Positions 18,665 to 28,539 of a stretch of DNA of 64,000 nt are shown here, one piece after another. This stretch comes from Nostoc sp. Lineage in GTDB: Bacteria; Cyanobacteriota; Cyanobacteriia; Cyanobacteriales; Nostocaceae. The stretch's first letter is position 1, and each line of letters starts with the position of its first letter. The position numbers and the translations under genes were made by a program. The notes under the pieces are model-generated. The model was not told the DNA's origin. It saw nothing but the letters and a program-made list of their open reading frames with translations, and searched no databases. Location: assembly GCA_036918135.1 (NCBI GenBank), contig JBALDB010000006.1:64001-128000 (forward strand), written 5' to 3'.

Positions 18665-19717
18665 ATGCTACTTAGATTAAGCATTCTGTCAGCTGGATTG
18701 GGATTTACTGCTCATTGGTTCGCCCTTGTATTTGACATCAATGTCAGAAGCATTCCCTATCTCGAAGAAATGATGAATACTGCCATTTCGCTGGGCTTGT
18801 ATATCAATGTCTTAAGTATCGATCCGATATTCTTTAAAAGCCATTTGAACTCAATTATTAAGGTAATAGTTGTCGGAGTCCCTGTAAAAATTTTCTTGCC
18901 CGGTTTGCTTTTGACTTATTTTTCACCCGGTGTTGCCCCAATTGCCTTTTTGTGTTCAACCGTGATTGCTCAAATAGATCCAATTGCGGCAGCTAAATCT
19001 CTTGACAGCAGCAAGATTAGCAGAAAATCTGAAACTATTTTGAGGGCTTGGTCTAGCTTTGATGACCCAATTACTGTATTATTTGCTTTTTATATTTTCT
19101 TACCACTACTAGTCTCGAATAAATTCAGTTGGAATCAATATTTGGTGCGGATTGCTCTTGATATTATTGGCTGTTTTACAGCTTATTACATCTATTATAA
19201 AATTTCTCGTTGGTTAAATACGCTATATAACAACGTAAAAATATCTTTAGAAATATTTTTTTTATTAATAATTATTATCTATAGTGTTTTATCTGATTCA
19301 TTCATTTTACCTGCATTTGTAGGCATATTCTTAAGACCAATAGCATCAGAACAGCTAGAAACAATCATCTCTGCTATTTTTTATTTTAGTGTAATTGTTA
19401 TTGGTTTATTGTCTGCTAATCTCAGCCTAGATTGGCTTTCTGGAGGAATTTTAGCATTTTCTACATTCTTCTTAGGACAAGTTATTGTGACTTTCCTATT
19501 TTTAAAAGATTCTATGTCCAGCAAAGCAAGAGTTATGTTTGGTCATCAAAATGGCATGACTGCAATTCTGCTAACCGTTGCCATTGAAGTGTCTGGCTCA
19601 GATAAAACAAGAGATTTGTTATCAGTTACATTACCTGCCATTATCCTAATTGCCTTATTTTACTTTGCCACTAATTATTTTTTAGATAGGTTACTACCAA
19701 GCTCCTCAACTGACTAA
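18665..19717 (+). CDS. Cation:proton antiporter-like (CPA superfamily) membrane protein
   Basis: About 11 hydrophobic segments; AQIDPIAA and WSSFDDP resemble the TDP and ESxxND motifs of CPA1 exchangers. Start chosen at ATG 18665. Confidence 0.65.
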   Translation: MLLRLSILSAGLGFTAHWFALVFDINVRSIPYLEEMMNTAISLGLYINVLSIDPIFFKSHLNSIIKVIVVGVPVKIFLPGLLLTYFSPGVAPIAFLCSTVIAQIDPIAAAKSLDSSKISRKSETILRAWSSFDDPITVLFAFYIFLPLLVSNKFSWNQYLVRIALDIIGCFTAYYIYYKISRWLNTLYNNVKISLEIFFLLIIIIYSVLSDSFILPAFVGIFLRPIASEQLETIISAIFYFSVIVIGLLSANLSLDWLSGGILAFSTFFLGQVIVTFLFLKDSMSSKARVMFGHQNGMTAILLTVAIEVSGSDKTRDLLSVTLPAIILIALFYFATNYFLDRLLPSSSTD

Positions 19718-19914
19718 AACTATTGAACTGGGGATTGGGGCAATTTTGATGGGGATTCAAACCCCAATCAAATTGTGAAAATAACTCTTTTACAGTACCT
19801 AGTCCCCAGTACCCAATCCCAGAGCGCCCATTTCTCCCTAACTTGCTGTGGGGAAGATGGGGAATCCTGGGCACGACCTATTAAATTTCTGTGAAGTAGA
19901 GCGCAAGGCAGAAA

Positions 19915-19964
19915 AAATTTCCTGACTTAATGCCGCTTAATGCCGCTCATTGCCTATTATTGCC
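19915..19964 (-). promoter_or_regulatory. Phased GGCA(A/T)T repeats (reverse strand) upstream of the 62-aa ORF
   Basis: TGCC at 19931, 19941, 19951 and 19961, plus AAATTTCC at 19915; TATACT at 19974. Confidence 0.65.
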
Positions 19965-20027
19965 ATAAGAGTTTATACTTAAAGAGGTAGCTTGATGTGG
20001 ATTTACATTTAGTAGGTATTATTAGCC

Positions 20028-20216
20028 ATGCCTCAAAAACACGATCAAACCCAAGAGTCCGTTAAAGTCTGCAATCACAAACCTGGCGATCTTTGGGATG
20101 AAGGTTGTTGCGGAAAGATTGAAGCGATCGCCAAGACAAATCAGGCGATCGTCAATGAGGTTAAAAACAAGAAGATAGCTGATGCGGAGACTCAAAAACC
20201 ATACATATCAATTTAG
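20028..20216 (+). CDS. Small hypothetical Cys-containing protein
   Basis: 62 aa with ATG start, AGG(T) upstream, a -10-like box and a downstream terminator; contains CNH...GCC. Confidence 0.55.
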   Translation: MPQKHDQTQESVKVCNHKPGDLWDEGCCGKIEAIAKTNQAIVNEVKNKKIADAETQKPYISI

Positions 20217-20295
20217 CCGTGACAATTGCAAGTTGTGGTTCATCTTGCATGCAAATCAAGTTCACCTCCCCGAACTAATGTTAAATCAAAGCTTT

Positions 20296-20320
20296 AAAAC
20301 CCGCTCAAGCGGGTTTTGTT
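20296..20320. terminator. Bidirectional intrinsic terminator
   Basis: AAAACCCGCT-CA-AGCGGGTTTT between convergent genes. Confidence 0.85.
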
Positions 20321-20340
20321 TGTCTAGATGTGGTTTTTAA

Positions 20341-21852
20341 CTACTTCAGCGGAATACAAACATCTGGCGCACACAACCCAACAAACTCCAAGGTTGTTAC
20401 CTCAAAACTATTCAAATCTACACGTCGAATAGCATGGTTATTGGTATCACTAATATATAAATGTGAACCCTTAACACTCAATCCCGATGGTTCAAAAAAC
20501 CGAGTGTTCTTACCCTGTCCATCCTGTAAACCAGCAGTACCATCTCCCAAAACTGTTTGACAATTGCCGCTAGGACTGACTAATTTAATTTTGTGATTGT
20601 AGGTATCCGCCACCCACAGAAAATTTTGAGCGTATTCCACTCCTAAACAATGCTGCAAACGAACATCTTCACCTTGTCCATCAACATCGCCAAAATCAAA
20701 TAAACCTCCACTACCACAAACAGTCCGCACTTGGTAAGGTTCTATAATTCCCACGCCGCGAATTGAACTAACTTCACTATCAGCAATATATAATTCTTGC
20801 CCATTATTAGTAATACCACTAGGTTGAGCAAACGCACATTCGCTAAGTAAGCCATCAATACACGCTTCTGCACCAATACCAGCATAGGTTTTAACAATGC
20901 TAGTTTCCAAATCCATCTGCCAAATTTGATGCGATCCCGCCATTGCAATGAATAGGGAATTTCCCACTTTCACTAAATCCCAAGGAGAATTCAGCGCAGT
21001 TTCTAAACCAGCACCACCATAAGGACGAATATTGCAGCTTTGTTCGCCAACTCCGGCAATAGTTTCTACTATCTGGCGCTGCAAATCAACTCGTCGTAGG
21101 GCATGATTTTCTGTATCAGCAATATAAAGCATTTGATTTTCTACATCAAATGTCATTCCTTGGGGTGCAAAAAATTGTGCTTCCTCAAAAGCACCATCGG
21201 TTAAACCAAATTTTCCAGTACCAATCAGGTGGAGAATTTCGCCATCAAAGGTACTCATAACCAAACGATGATGTCCAGAGTCAGCGATAAATAAACCGAC
21301 TTGCGTAGCTAGAACTTTACCAGGAAAAGCTAGAGGTGTAATTAACGGTTGGCGCTGTTTTTCTAAAGTCAAGCTAAGTTCTTGAAAATTAATTGTACCT
21401 TTCTGGCTGTGTTGCTGAATTAGCTTTTCAATCAACTCATCCAAAGCATCACGGTTTCCTTCACCAGAGACAGAGGCAACTACGTAACCTTCTGGATCGA
21501 TAATCATTAAAGTCGGCCAAGCACGTACAGCATACTCTTGCCAAACTCGAAAACCGCTATCAACTATAACTGGGTGTTCGATATCGTAGCGCAAGATAGC
21601 TTGGCGGATGTTTTCGGTTTCTTTTTCATTGTCAAATTTACCAGAATGGACGCCGATAACGCTAAGACTATCTTTATATTTTTGTTCTAAATATTTCAGG
21701 TCTGGCAGAATATGTAGGCAGTTGATACAGCAATATGTCCAAAAATCTAAAATAACAACTCTACCCTTGAATTGTTTGAGAGATAAAGGTTTATCGGTAT
21801 TCAGCCAAGAGTAATTTTGTGGGAATTCTGGCGCTCTTACACGGGGAATCAT
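20341..21852 (-). CDS. Thioredoxin-like + NHL-repeat protein (NHLRC2/SOQ1-like)
   Basis: DFWTYCCINC followed by several IADS/T.NH NHL repeats. Confidence 0.9.
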   Translation of the reverse strand: MIPRVRAPEFPQNYSWLNTDKPLSLKQFKGRVVILDFWTYCCINCLHILPDLKYLEQKYKDSLSVIGVHSGKFDNEKETENIRQAILRYDIEHPVIVDSGFRVWQEYAVRAWPTLMIIDPEGYVVASVSGEGNRDALDELIEKLIQQHSQKGTINFQELSLTLEKQRQPLITPLAFPGKVLATQVGLFIADSGHHRLVMSTFDGEILHLIGTGKFGLTDGAFEEAQFFAPQGMTFDVENQMLYIADTENHALRRVDLQRQIVETIAGVGEQSCNIRPYGGAGLETALNSPWDLVKVGNSLFIAMAGSHQIWQMDLETSIVKTYAGIGAEACIDGLLSECAFAQPSGITNNGQELYIADSEVSSIRGVGIIEPYQVRTVCGSGGLFDFGDVDGQGEDVRLQHCLGVEYAQNFLWVADTYNHKIKLVSPSGNCQTVLGDGTAGLQDGQGKNTRFFEPSGLSVKGSHLYISDTNNHAIRRVDLNSFEVTTLEFVGLCAPDVCIPLK

Positions 21853-22042
21853 AAAATATTATTTGCTAAAGTTTACTCATCTGTTTTACTTTAAATTTAA
21901 AATATTTATTATTTTATTTCCAATTTATATACAATGATTAAATAGAAAAAAGACAGACGACATCTGAGATTACTTAAACTGAAATCTACAAACAGTTAAC
22001 TTCATTGTTATATATTATAGTAAATTTAAATATTTACCATAA

Positions 22043-22189
22043 CGTAAGCTTAAAATATACAAAATTGCAACTCGTGCCATTGTAGTTGCTAATGCAAATG
22101 TTGAACTCAAGCGTTACGCAGCATTAGTAATTGGTTCAAATACAGAAGACAGCGTTGTTAAATACATTTATCATGATTTGGCAAGATAG
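22043..22189 (+). pseudogene. 3' remnant of a Cof-type HAD hydrolase gene
   Basis: Startless frame KIATRAIVVANANVELKRYAALVIGSNTEDSVVKYI resembles the Cof C-terminal A.xNA..elK..A..v..sN.edgV pattern. Confidence 0.6.
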
Positions 22190-22206
22190 ATATTTAATCC
22201 GTAAAC

Positions 22207-22407
22207 ATGAAATCAGAAACACGAAATATATTGTTAAAAGCTTACGCACATTTACAAGAGATTATTGATAAATTATATGAAGCTCATGATAGAGCAATAG
22301 TAAATAATGATTTTGATGATGCTAGCTTACTGGCTAGTAGAGCAGATAGACTTTATGAAGAAGCAGAAAATTTGGAAATTGTGATTTCAGAGCAGGAGGA
22401 GAGATGA
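22207..22407 (+). CDS. Small acidic helical hypothetical protein
   Basis: 66-aa ORF; its stop overlaps the next start (ATGA). Confidence 0.65.
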   Translation: MKSETRNILLKAYAHLQEIIDKLYEAHDRAIVNNDFDDASLLASRADRLYEEAENLEIVISEQEER

Positions 22408-22592
22408 AAACAATTGAAGAACTAAAGAGTCGGATACAGGAACTCAGTAAACAAGCTGTTGAACTCAGGCAACAAGCATCTCAAGTGTATTCAACTAATC
22501 AGAAGCAAGCCAAACAGTTCAGGCAACAGGCAAGGGAAGCTATCAAGCGCTGTCAAGTATTAATAGAAGAGTTAAAACGCCAACAAGTTTAA
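22404..22592 (+). CDS. Small basic coiled-coil hypothetical protein
   Basis: 62 aa, Q/K/R/E-rich, preceded by AGGAG. Confidence 0.65.
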   Translation: MKTIEELKSRIQELSKQAVELRQQASQVYSTNQKQAKQFRQQAREAIKRCQVLIEELKRQQV

Positions 22593-22679
22593 AGCTAAAA
22601 ACTAGTTAGTATTAAAAACTGCTAGTTCGTAATTCTCAGTAACCGTATAAACTAGAAATGGTTTTAGCGAATATCACTT

Positions 22680-23594
22680 TTGAAAAGACTTGATAGACTA
22701 ACTACTACAAAATTATCAGCTTGGGTAGAACAAGCAAAAACTCAGGCTGAACGCGGACAAATTGCCGATCGCATTCCTCAACTAGCCTTAGCCAATCCCG
22801 ATTGGTTTGCAGTTCACATCTGCTGCAAATCAGGACAAACCATCAGCTTTGGAGATACGGCTTGTGTGTTTCCCCTGATGAGCGTTATTAAAACATTTTC
22901 CCTACTTTATCTGCTGCAACATTTAGGAGCAGAAACGGTTTTTGAGTGGGTCGGAGTAGAACCATCGGATGCACCATTCAATTCTTTAGAACAATTAGTT
23001 AGCGATTGCGGACGCCCCCGCAACCCGATGATAAATAGTGGGGCAATTACCCTAGCAGATAAATTACCAGGAAAAGATGCTGGCGATCGCACTATTTTAT
23101 TTTGTCAATGGTTGAATGAATTAGCAGGTTGTCAACTACATTTAGACGAAGCCATGTTGACTTCAGTGCGTTTAACACGCTCAACAGCTAATCAAGCGAT
23201 CGCTAATTATCTTGACGAAATCGGACATCTTGAAAATATCGAAATAGCCCTTGACACCTACGAGCAAATATGCTGTCTTTCGGGAAGAGTTGAAGATTTA
23301 GCCTTATTAGGAAAACTTCTAGCTTGTGAACATCACCTTGTTTCATCACAAAATCGCCGAATTGTCAATGCTGTGATGTCAACTTGCGGACTTTATCAAG
23401 CTTGTGCGGAGTTTGCAGTTAGGATTGGTCTGCCGATGAAATCCGGGATTGGTGGTGGACTTGTAGCAATAGTACCAGGAGAGGGGGCGATCGCTTGCTA
23501 TAGCCCTGCTTTGGATACAGTCGGAAATCCAATAGCAGGGCTTGTTTTCGTGGAAGCTTTATCGCAAAACTTAGAGTTGAGTGTCTTCGGCTGA
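22680..23594 (+). CDS. glsA: Glutaminase
   Basis: LMSVIK (SxxK), GVEPSDAPFNS, NPMINSGAI, GLPMKSGIGGG, YSPALD. Confidence 0.9.
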   Translation: MKRLDRLTTTKLSAWVEQAKTQAERGQIADRIPQLALANPDWFAVHICCKSGQTISFGDTACVFPLMSVIKTFSLLYLLQHLGAETVFEWVGVEPSDAPFNSLEQLVSDCGRPRNPMINSGAITLADKLPGKDAGDRTILFCQWLNELAGCQLHLDEAMLTSVRLTRSTANQAIANYLDEIGHLENIEIALDTYEQICCLSGRVEDLALLGKLLACEHHLVSSQNRRIVNAVMSTCGLYQACAEFAVRIGLPMKSGIGGGLVAIVPGEGAIACYSPALDTVGNPIAGLVFVEALSQNLELSVFG

Positions 23595-23754
23595 ATGAAG
23601 AATTTTAGATTTTGGATTTTAGATTGAACAACCTAAGTTTTTGTATTGTTCTGCAAAAGGGAAAGAGGTTTAAAAATCGGATTCTTTGCTACCAAGTTGG
23701 AGATTTTTTGCCCTAACCCTACAAGGCTTGGGGTTAGGTTGTGTTGAACTGACG

Positions 23755-25638
23755 TTATTTTATTTCTTCCGTTTCGGGTAACGACGTTGATTGTGGAGTT
23801 GGTGTTAGTGTTGGCTGTGGTTCTGGTGACGGGGTAATTGTTTCTGGTGCTGGAGACTCAATGATTTCTGGTAAAGTCACTGGGGAACTGGGAGATGGTG
23901 CAACTATTACTTTGGGCGTAGGTGTCTCAAGAGTTCGACGCTTGAAGAATTTACCAAATCCCGGTTTTGTTGGCTCAGGTGCAACTTTATCAGGCAAGGG
24001 CGTTGATTGTGGAATTGGGGTTACTGTTGGCTGTGGTTCTGGCGACGGGGTAACTGTTTCTGGTGCTGGAGACTCAATAATTTCTGGCAGAGTCAGGGGC
24101 AAACTCGGAGATGGCGTAACTGTTGTTTCTGGAGTGGGCGTCTTAGCCGCCCGACGGTTGAAAAATCCGCCAAATCTCGGTTTTGTTGGCTCAGGTGCAA
24201 CTTTATCAGGCAACGGTGTTGATTGTGGAGTTGGGGTTACTGTTGGCTGTGGTTCTGGCGACGGGGTAACTGTTTCTGGTGCTGGAGACTCAATAATTTC
24301 TGGCAGAGTCGGGGGCAAACTCGGAGATGGCGTAACTGTTGTTTCTGGAGTGGGCGTCTTAGCCGCCCGACGGTTGAAAAATCCGCCAAATCTCGGTTTT
24401 GTTGGCTCAGGTGCAACTTTATCAGGCAACGGTGTTGATTGTGGAATTGGGGTTAATGTTGACTGTGGTTCTGGTAGAGGAGACTCGATAATATTTGGTG
24501 GTGTCGGCGACAAGCTAGGAGATGGTGCAGCTGTTGGAGGTTCTAATTTTGGTTGTTCTGGCTTGGTTGGCTGTGATTTCGATTCTTCTGGAATTTCAAT
24601 TTCCGGAATTGGCTGTTTTTCTACCTTGGGTTGTGTTTCAGGTATTTTTTCAACAGTGGGTGTAGATGTGAATTTATAATTCGGGTCAACAATGGTGCGT
24701 ACTTCATCTGCTGTCAATTCCCCTGTGGTAATTCTCGACAAAGTGTCTTTTCCCTTTGGCTGATAAGTAATCAGTCTAACTGTGGTATTGAAAGCATTTT
24801 TCAGAGGATTTCCCTGGTTATCGAGAAATTCTAGTTTTACCCAGTTTTTACCAGGTTTCCAACCTTTGAGGTAAATTGCTTGCCAGCTATCAAAAATAAA
24901 GCTTTCACCATTAATCGTGCAGCGGATGCGCCAATCACTAAATTTGTCGTTGGCATTTTCTGACGCAACCAGGTGCAAGGGAGCATCAGTTAGGTAAAAG
25001 TCAAGTAAAATTGGTTCTGCTCCATAAGTACTTTGAGGGCGGCTGTATGTCAGTAGTGGTAAATTCGGAACTGGCGTGTTGTCATCAGTTTTAGTAAAGA
25101 CATGAAATGTTGTTTGAGCATAAGCGCCTTCATTTTTAAAGCTTTCATGCCAAGGACGTGAGGCAAAGACACGTAAGGTATGAGTACCTGGGGACAAGTC
25201 TGGCAAAACTAAAGGCTGATTCAGGTCGTAAACAGGTATATAAGGTTGATTATCAAGAATTACGTGTAGATGCGGCCCAAGTTGTAATTGTGGGTCTTTA
25301 AATATTGGTAAATCCTTTACTTGAAAGCGGGCTGTAACTTTGTTATCTGAGAAAACTTCATCAATCTTTGGAGTAATAATTGTCACCTGTGGTTGATAAA
25401 CTTCCAAAATTGGTCGCAGTTCTTGGATAACAGCAGGAGGAGCAACTTCCGAAAATTGCTTAGAAACTTGAGAAATTTGCCCAGTCTTTTCTTGATTACC
25501 AATAGATACTTCCTGAGTGCCAGCTTTACCGCCACAACTGCTTAAGCTACATACCACTACCAACGTCATTACCCACCTGAGAATCGGAAAACTCCAACGG
25601 AGGAGCTTATCTAAGACCATTTTCTGCCACGATTTCAT
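23755..25638 (-). CDS. Putative lipoprotein with conserved N-terminal domain and Pro/Thr-rich repeat tail
   Basis: LSSC lipobox; GPHLHVILDNQPY and FASRPWHESFKN domain; 72-aa repeats at the C-terminus. Start uncertain. Confidence 0.75.
   Translation of the reverse strand: MKSWQKMVLDKLLRWSFPILRWVMTLVVVCSLSSCGGKAGTQEVSIGNQEKTGQISQVSKQFSEVAPPAVIQELRPILEVYQPQVTIITPKIDEVFSDNKVTARFQVKDLPIFKDPQLQLGPHLHVILDNQPYIPVYDLNQPLVLPDLSPGTHTLRVFASRPWHESFKNEGAYAQTTFHVFTKTDDNTPVPNLPLLTYSRPQSTYGAEPILLDFYLTDAPLHLVASENANDKFSDWRIRCTINGESFIFDSWQAIYLKGWKPGKNWVKLEFLDNQGNPLKNAFNTTVRLITYQPKGKDTLSRITTGELTADEVRTIVDPNYKFTSTPTVEKIPETQPKVEKQPIPEIEIPEESKSQPTKPEQPKLEPPTAAPSPSLSPTPPNIIESPLPEPQSTLTPIPQSTPLPDKVAPEPTKPRFGGFFNRRAAKTPTPETTVTPSPSLPPTLPEIIESPAPETVTPSPEPQPTVTPTPQSTPLPDKVAPEPTKPRFGGFFNRRAAKTPTPETTVTPSPSLPLTLPEIIESPAPETVTPSPEPQPTVTPIPQSTPLPDKVAPEPTKPGFGKFFKRRTLETPTPKVIVAPSPSSPVTLPEIIESPAPETITPSPEPQPTLTPTPQSTSLPETEEIK
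23770..24500. repeat. 216-bp coding tandem repeat, about 3.3 copies
   Basis: CTTTATCAGG recurs at 23985, 24201 and 24417; 24007-24222 and 24223-24438 are nearly identical. Confidence 0.92.
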
Positions 25639-25786
25639 GCCTTGCACCCAGCGTTCCTCTTCGACATGTCCATAGGGAAATATAGCCCAAAACAAGCTCT
25701 AGGAGCAGGGGAGTGGGGACTGGGTACTAGGTACTTAAGCAGATGAGGGAATCGGTAATGGGGAAACTTTCAATACCAATACCTAA

Positions 25787-25812
25787 TCCCCAATCCCCAA
25801 TCCCCAATCCCA
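25787..25812. repeat. STRR-type heptamer (ATCCCCA)n
   Basis: ATCCCCAATCCCCAATCCCCAATCCC seen directly. Confidence 0.8.
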
Positions 25813-26098
25813 AATCATATTCTTTACGAATTGTTATCCTTTGTAAATTAAATGAATAATCTATTGACTTTTGGACAATTAGTTTGAAGTTAAAATCCAG
25901 AAAATACAGTTATTCCAGCGATTTTGAATTATTGTTAAAATATCTCTAACAAAGTACAAGTGAAGACTTTATAATTCAACGAGAAACAACTATCCACATG
26001 GATCTTCACTGTGGCTTCAGCAAAAAACTGGAGTATGCGGTAAAACATAACTATGTGGTAATCATGATTCCTCATTCCTGATCAAGAGAGGAGGTCGA

Positions 26099-28357
26099 AT
26101 GGCAATAAGTCCTCCGGAGCGAGAGGAAAAAAAGGCAAGAGTAATCGTCGATAACGACCCGGTTCCTACCTCATTTGAAAGATGGGCAAAACCCGGACAC
26201 TTTGACAGATCTTTAGCCAGGGGTCCAAAAACCACTACATGGATTTGGAACCTTCACGCACTCGCCCACGATTTTGATACACATACAAGCGATTTAGAAG
26301 ACATATCCCGCAAGATATTTTCAGCACACTTCGGGCATTTAGCCGTAGTGACAATTTGGCTGAGCGGGATGATTTTCCACGGCGCTAAGTTTTCTAACTA
26401 CGAAGCTTGGCTAAGCGACCCGTTAAACATTAAACCAAGTGCCCAGGTCGTTTGGCCTATTGTGGGACAAGACATTTTAAATGGTGATGTTGGCGGTGGT
26501 TTCCACGGGATTCAAATCACCTCTGGTCTGTTCTATGTATGGCGGGGCTGGGGTATTACCAACTCCTTCCAGCTTTACGTAACTGCGATTGGTGGCTTGG
26601 TATTAGCAGGCTTATTCCTATTTGCTGGCTGGTTCCACTACCACAAACGCGCTCCCAAACTGGAATGGTTCCAGAATGTGGAGTCGATGCTGAATCACCA
26701 CTTACAAGTATTGCTAGGTTGTGGTTCCTTGGGATGGGCAGGTCACTTAATTCACGTGTCCGCACCGACTAACAAGCTTTTGGATGCAGGGGTTGCTGTC
26801 AAAGATATACCCTTGCCCCACGAGTTCATCTTGAACAAAGACTTGTTGACGGAACTGTACCCAGGCTTTGCTGCTGGTTTAGCACCTTTCTTCACCTTGA
26901 ACTGGGGTCAGTATGCTGACTTCCTCACCTTCAAGGGCGGTCTAAACCCGGTAACAGGGGGCTTGTGGATGACAGACATTTCTCATCACCACTTGGCGAT
27001 CGCAGTCGTGTTCATCATTGCTGGTCACCAGTACCGTACCAACTGGGGTATTGGTCACAGCATTAAAGAGATCCTGGAAAACCATAAAGGTCCTTTCACT
27101 GGTGAAGGTCACAAAGGTCTCTACGAAAACCTGACCACATCTTGGCACGCTCAGCTGGGAACTAACCTGGCGTTCTTGGGTTCGCTGACCATTATCATCG
27201 CGCACCACATGTACGCGATGCCCCCCTATCCATACTTGGCAACTGACTACGCTACGCAGTTGTGTATATTCACTCACCATATTTGGATCGGTGGCTTCTT
27301 GATTGTTGGTGGAGCGGCTCATACTGCCATATTCATGGTGCGGGATTACGATCCAGTTGTGAACCAAAACAACCTCCTGGATCGCGTAATTCGTCACCGG
27401 GATGCGATTATTTCTCACTTGAACTGGGTATGTATTTTCCTTGGCTTCCACAGCTTTGGACTTTACATCCACAACGATACAATGCGTGCATTGGGTCGTC
27501 CCCAAGACATGTTCTCTGATACGGCAATTCAATTGCAGCCAGTATTTGCCCAGTGGATACAAAATATCCACGCCTTGGCTCCTGGTACAACTGCACCTAA
27601 TGCCTTAGAACCAGTTAGCTATGTCTTTGGCGGCGGAATATTGGCTGTAGGCGGTAAAGTGGCAGCTGCGCCCATCGCTTTGGGTACAGCAGACTTCTTA
27701 ATTCACCACATTCACGCCTTCACCATTCACGTCACCGTCCTAATTTTGCTCAAAGGTGTGCTATTCGCCCGTAGCTCTCGTCTGATTCCAGACAAAGCTA
27801 ACTTGGGCTTCCGCTTCCCCTGCGACGGTCCAGGTCGTGGCGGTACCTGTCAAGTATCTGGTTGGGATCACGTATTCCTGGGACTATTCTGGATGTATAA
27901 CTCCCTGTCCATTGTAATTTTCCACTTTAGCTGGAAGATGCAATCAGATGTGTGGGGAACGGTAGATCCAGATGGTACTGTGACTCACATCACAGGTGGG
28001 AACTTTGCCCAAAGCGCCATCACTATCAATGGTTGGTTGCGTGACTTCTTGTGGGCACAAGCGACACAAGTCATCAATTCCTATGGCAGTGCGCTATCTG
28101 CTTATGGACTCATGTTCTTAGGCGCTCACTTTATTTGGGCATTCAGCTTGATGTTCCTGTTCAGTGGTCGCGGCTACTGGCAAGAATTAATCGAGTCGAT
28201 AGTTTGGGCGCATAATAAACTGAAGGTAGCACCAGCAATTCAGCCTCGCGCTCTGAGCATTATTCAGGGTCGCGCTGTAGGGGTAGCTCACTACCTTTTA
28301 GGAGGAATTGCTACTACTTGGGCATTCTTCCACGCACACATCCTTTCAGTAGGGTAG
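26099..28357 (+). CDS. psaA: Photosystem I P700 apoprotein A1
   Basis: MAISPPERE start; [17 protein letters not shown]-binding motif; 752 aa. Confidence 0.99.
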   Translation: MAISPPEREEKKARVIVDNDPVPTSFERWAKPGHFDRSLARGPKTTTWIWNLHALAHDFDTHTSDLEDISRKIFSAHFGHLAVVTIWLSGMIFHGAKFSNYEAWLSDPLNIKPSAQVVWPIVGQDILNGDVGGGFHGIQITSGLFYVWRGWGITNSFQLYVTAIGGLVLAGLFLFAGWFHYHKRAPKLEWFQNVESMLNHHLQVLLGCGSLGWAGHLIHVSAPTNKLLDAGVAVKDIPLPHEFILNKDLLTELYPGFAAGLAPFFTLNWGQYADFLTFKGGLNPVTGGLWMTDISHHHLAIAVVFIIAGHQYRTNWGIGHSIKEILENHKGPFTGEGHKGLYENLTTSWHAQLGTNLAFLGSLTIIIAHHMYAMPPYPYLATDYATQLCIFTHHIWIGGFLIVGGAAHTAIFMVRDYDPVVNQNNLLDRVIRHRDAIISHLNWVCIFLGFHSFGLYIHNDTMRALGRPQDMFSDTAIQLQPVFAQWIQNIHALAPGTTAPNALEPVSYVFGGGILAVGGKVAAAPIALGTADFLIHHIHAFTIHVTVLILLKGVLFARSSRLIPDKANLGFRFPCDGPGRGGTCQVSGWDHVFLGLFWMYNSLSIVIFHFSWKMQSDVWGTVDPDGTVTHITGGNFAQSAITINGWLRDFLWAQATQVINSYGSALSAYGLMFLGAHFIWAFSLMFLFSGRGYWQELIESIVWAHNKLKVAPAIQPRALSIIQGRAVGVAHYLLGGIATTWAFFHAHILSVG

Positions 28358-28373
28358 CAATCAGTTATTTAGA

Positions 28374-28492
28374 GTGCTGAGGGCTGAGGGCTGAGAAGCC
28401 AGTGCATTGGACGGCTCTGCTGACAGCCAAGCAACTGGCGTTGTAGAGAAAATACTCAAAACTCGGAACTCAGAACTCTAAACTCAGGACTC
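28374..28492. repeat. Heptamer runs with a nested short dispersed repeat in the psaA-psaB spacer
   Basis: (GCTGAGG)n and (NNAACTC)n runs flank GAAGCCAGTGCATTGGACGG...GCAACTGGCGT. Confidence 0.7.
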
Positions 28493-28539
28493 AAGACACT
28501 GATACTTGATGGCTAAAGGTCAGAGGATTTATTAAACCT

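Noticed and set aside
11109..20320. Prophage or integrative element
   Set aside because: No integrase, phage genes, tRNA target or flanking direct repeats were found by eye.
23861..24834. 272-aa Gly/Val-rich ORF and two 71-aa Trp/Cys-rich ORFs
   Set aside because: Antisense readings of the 216-bp Pro/Thr repeat.
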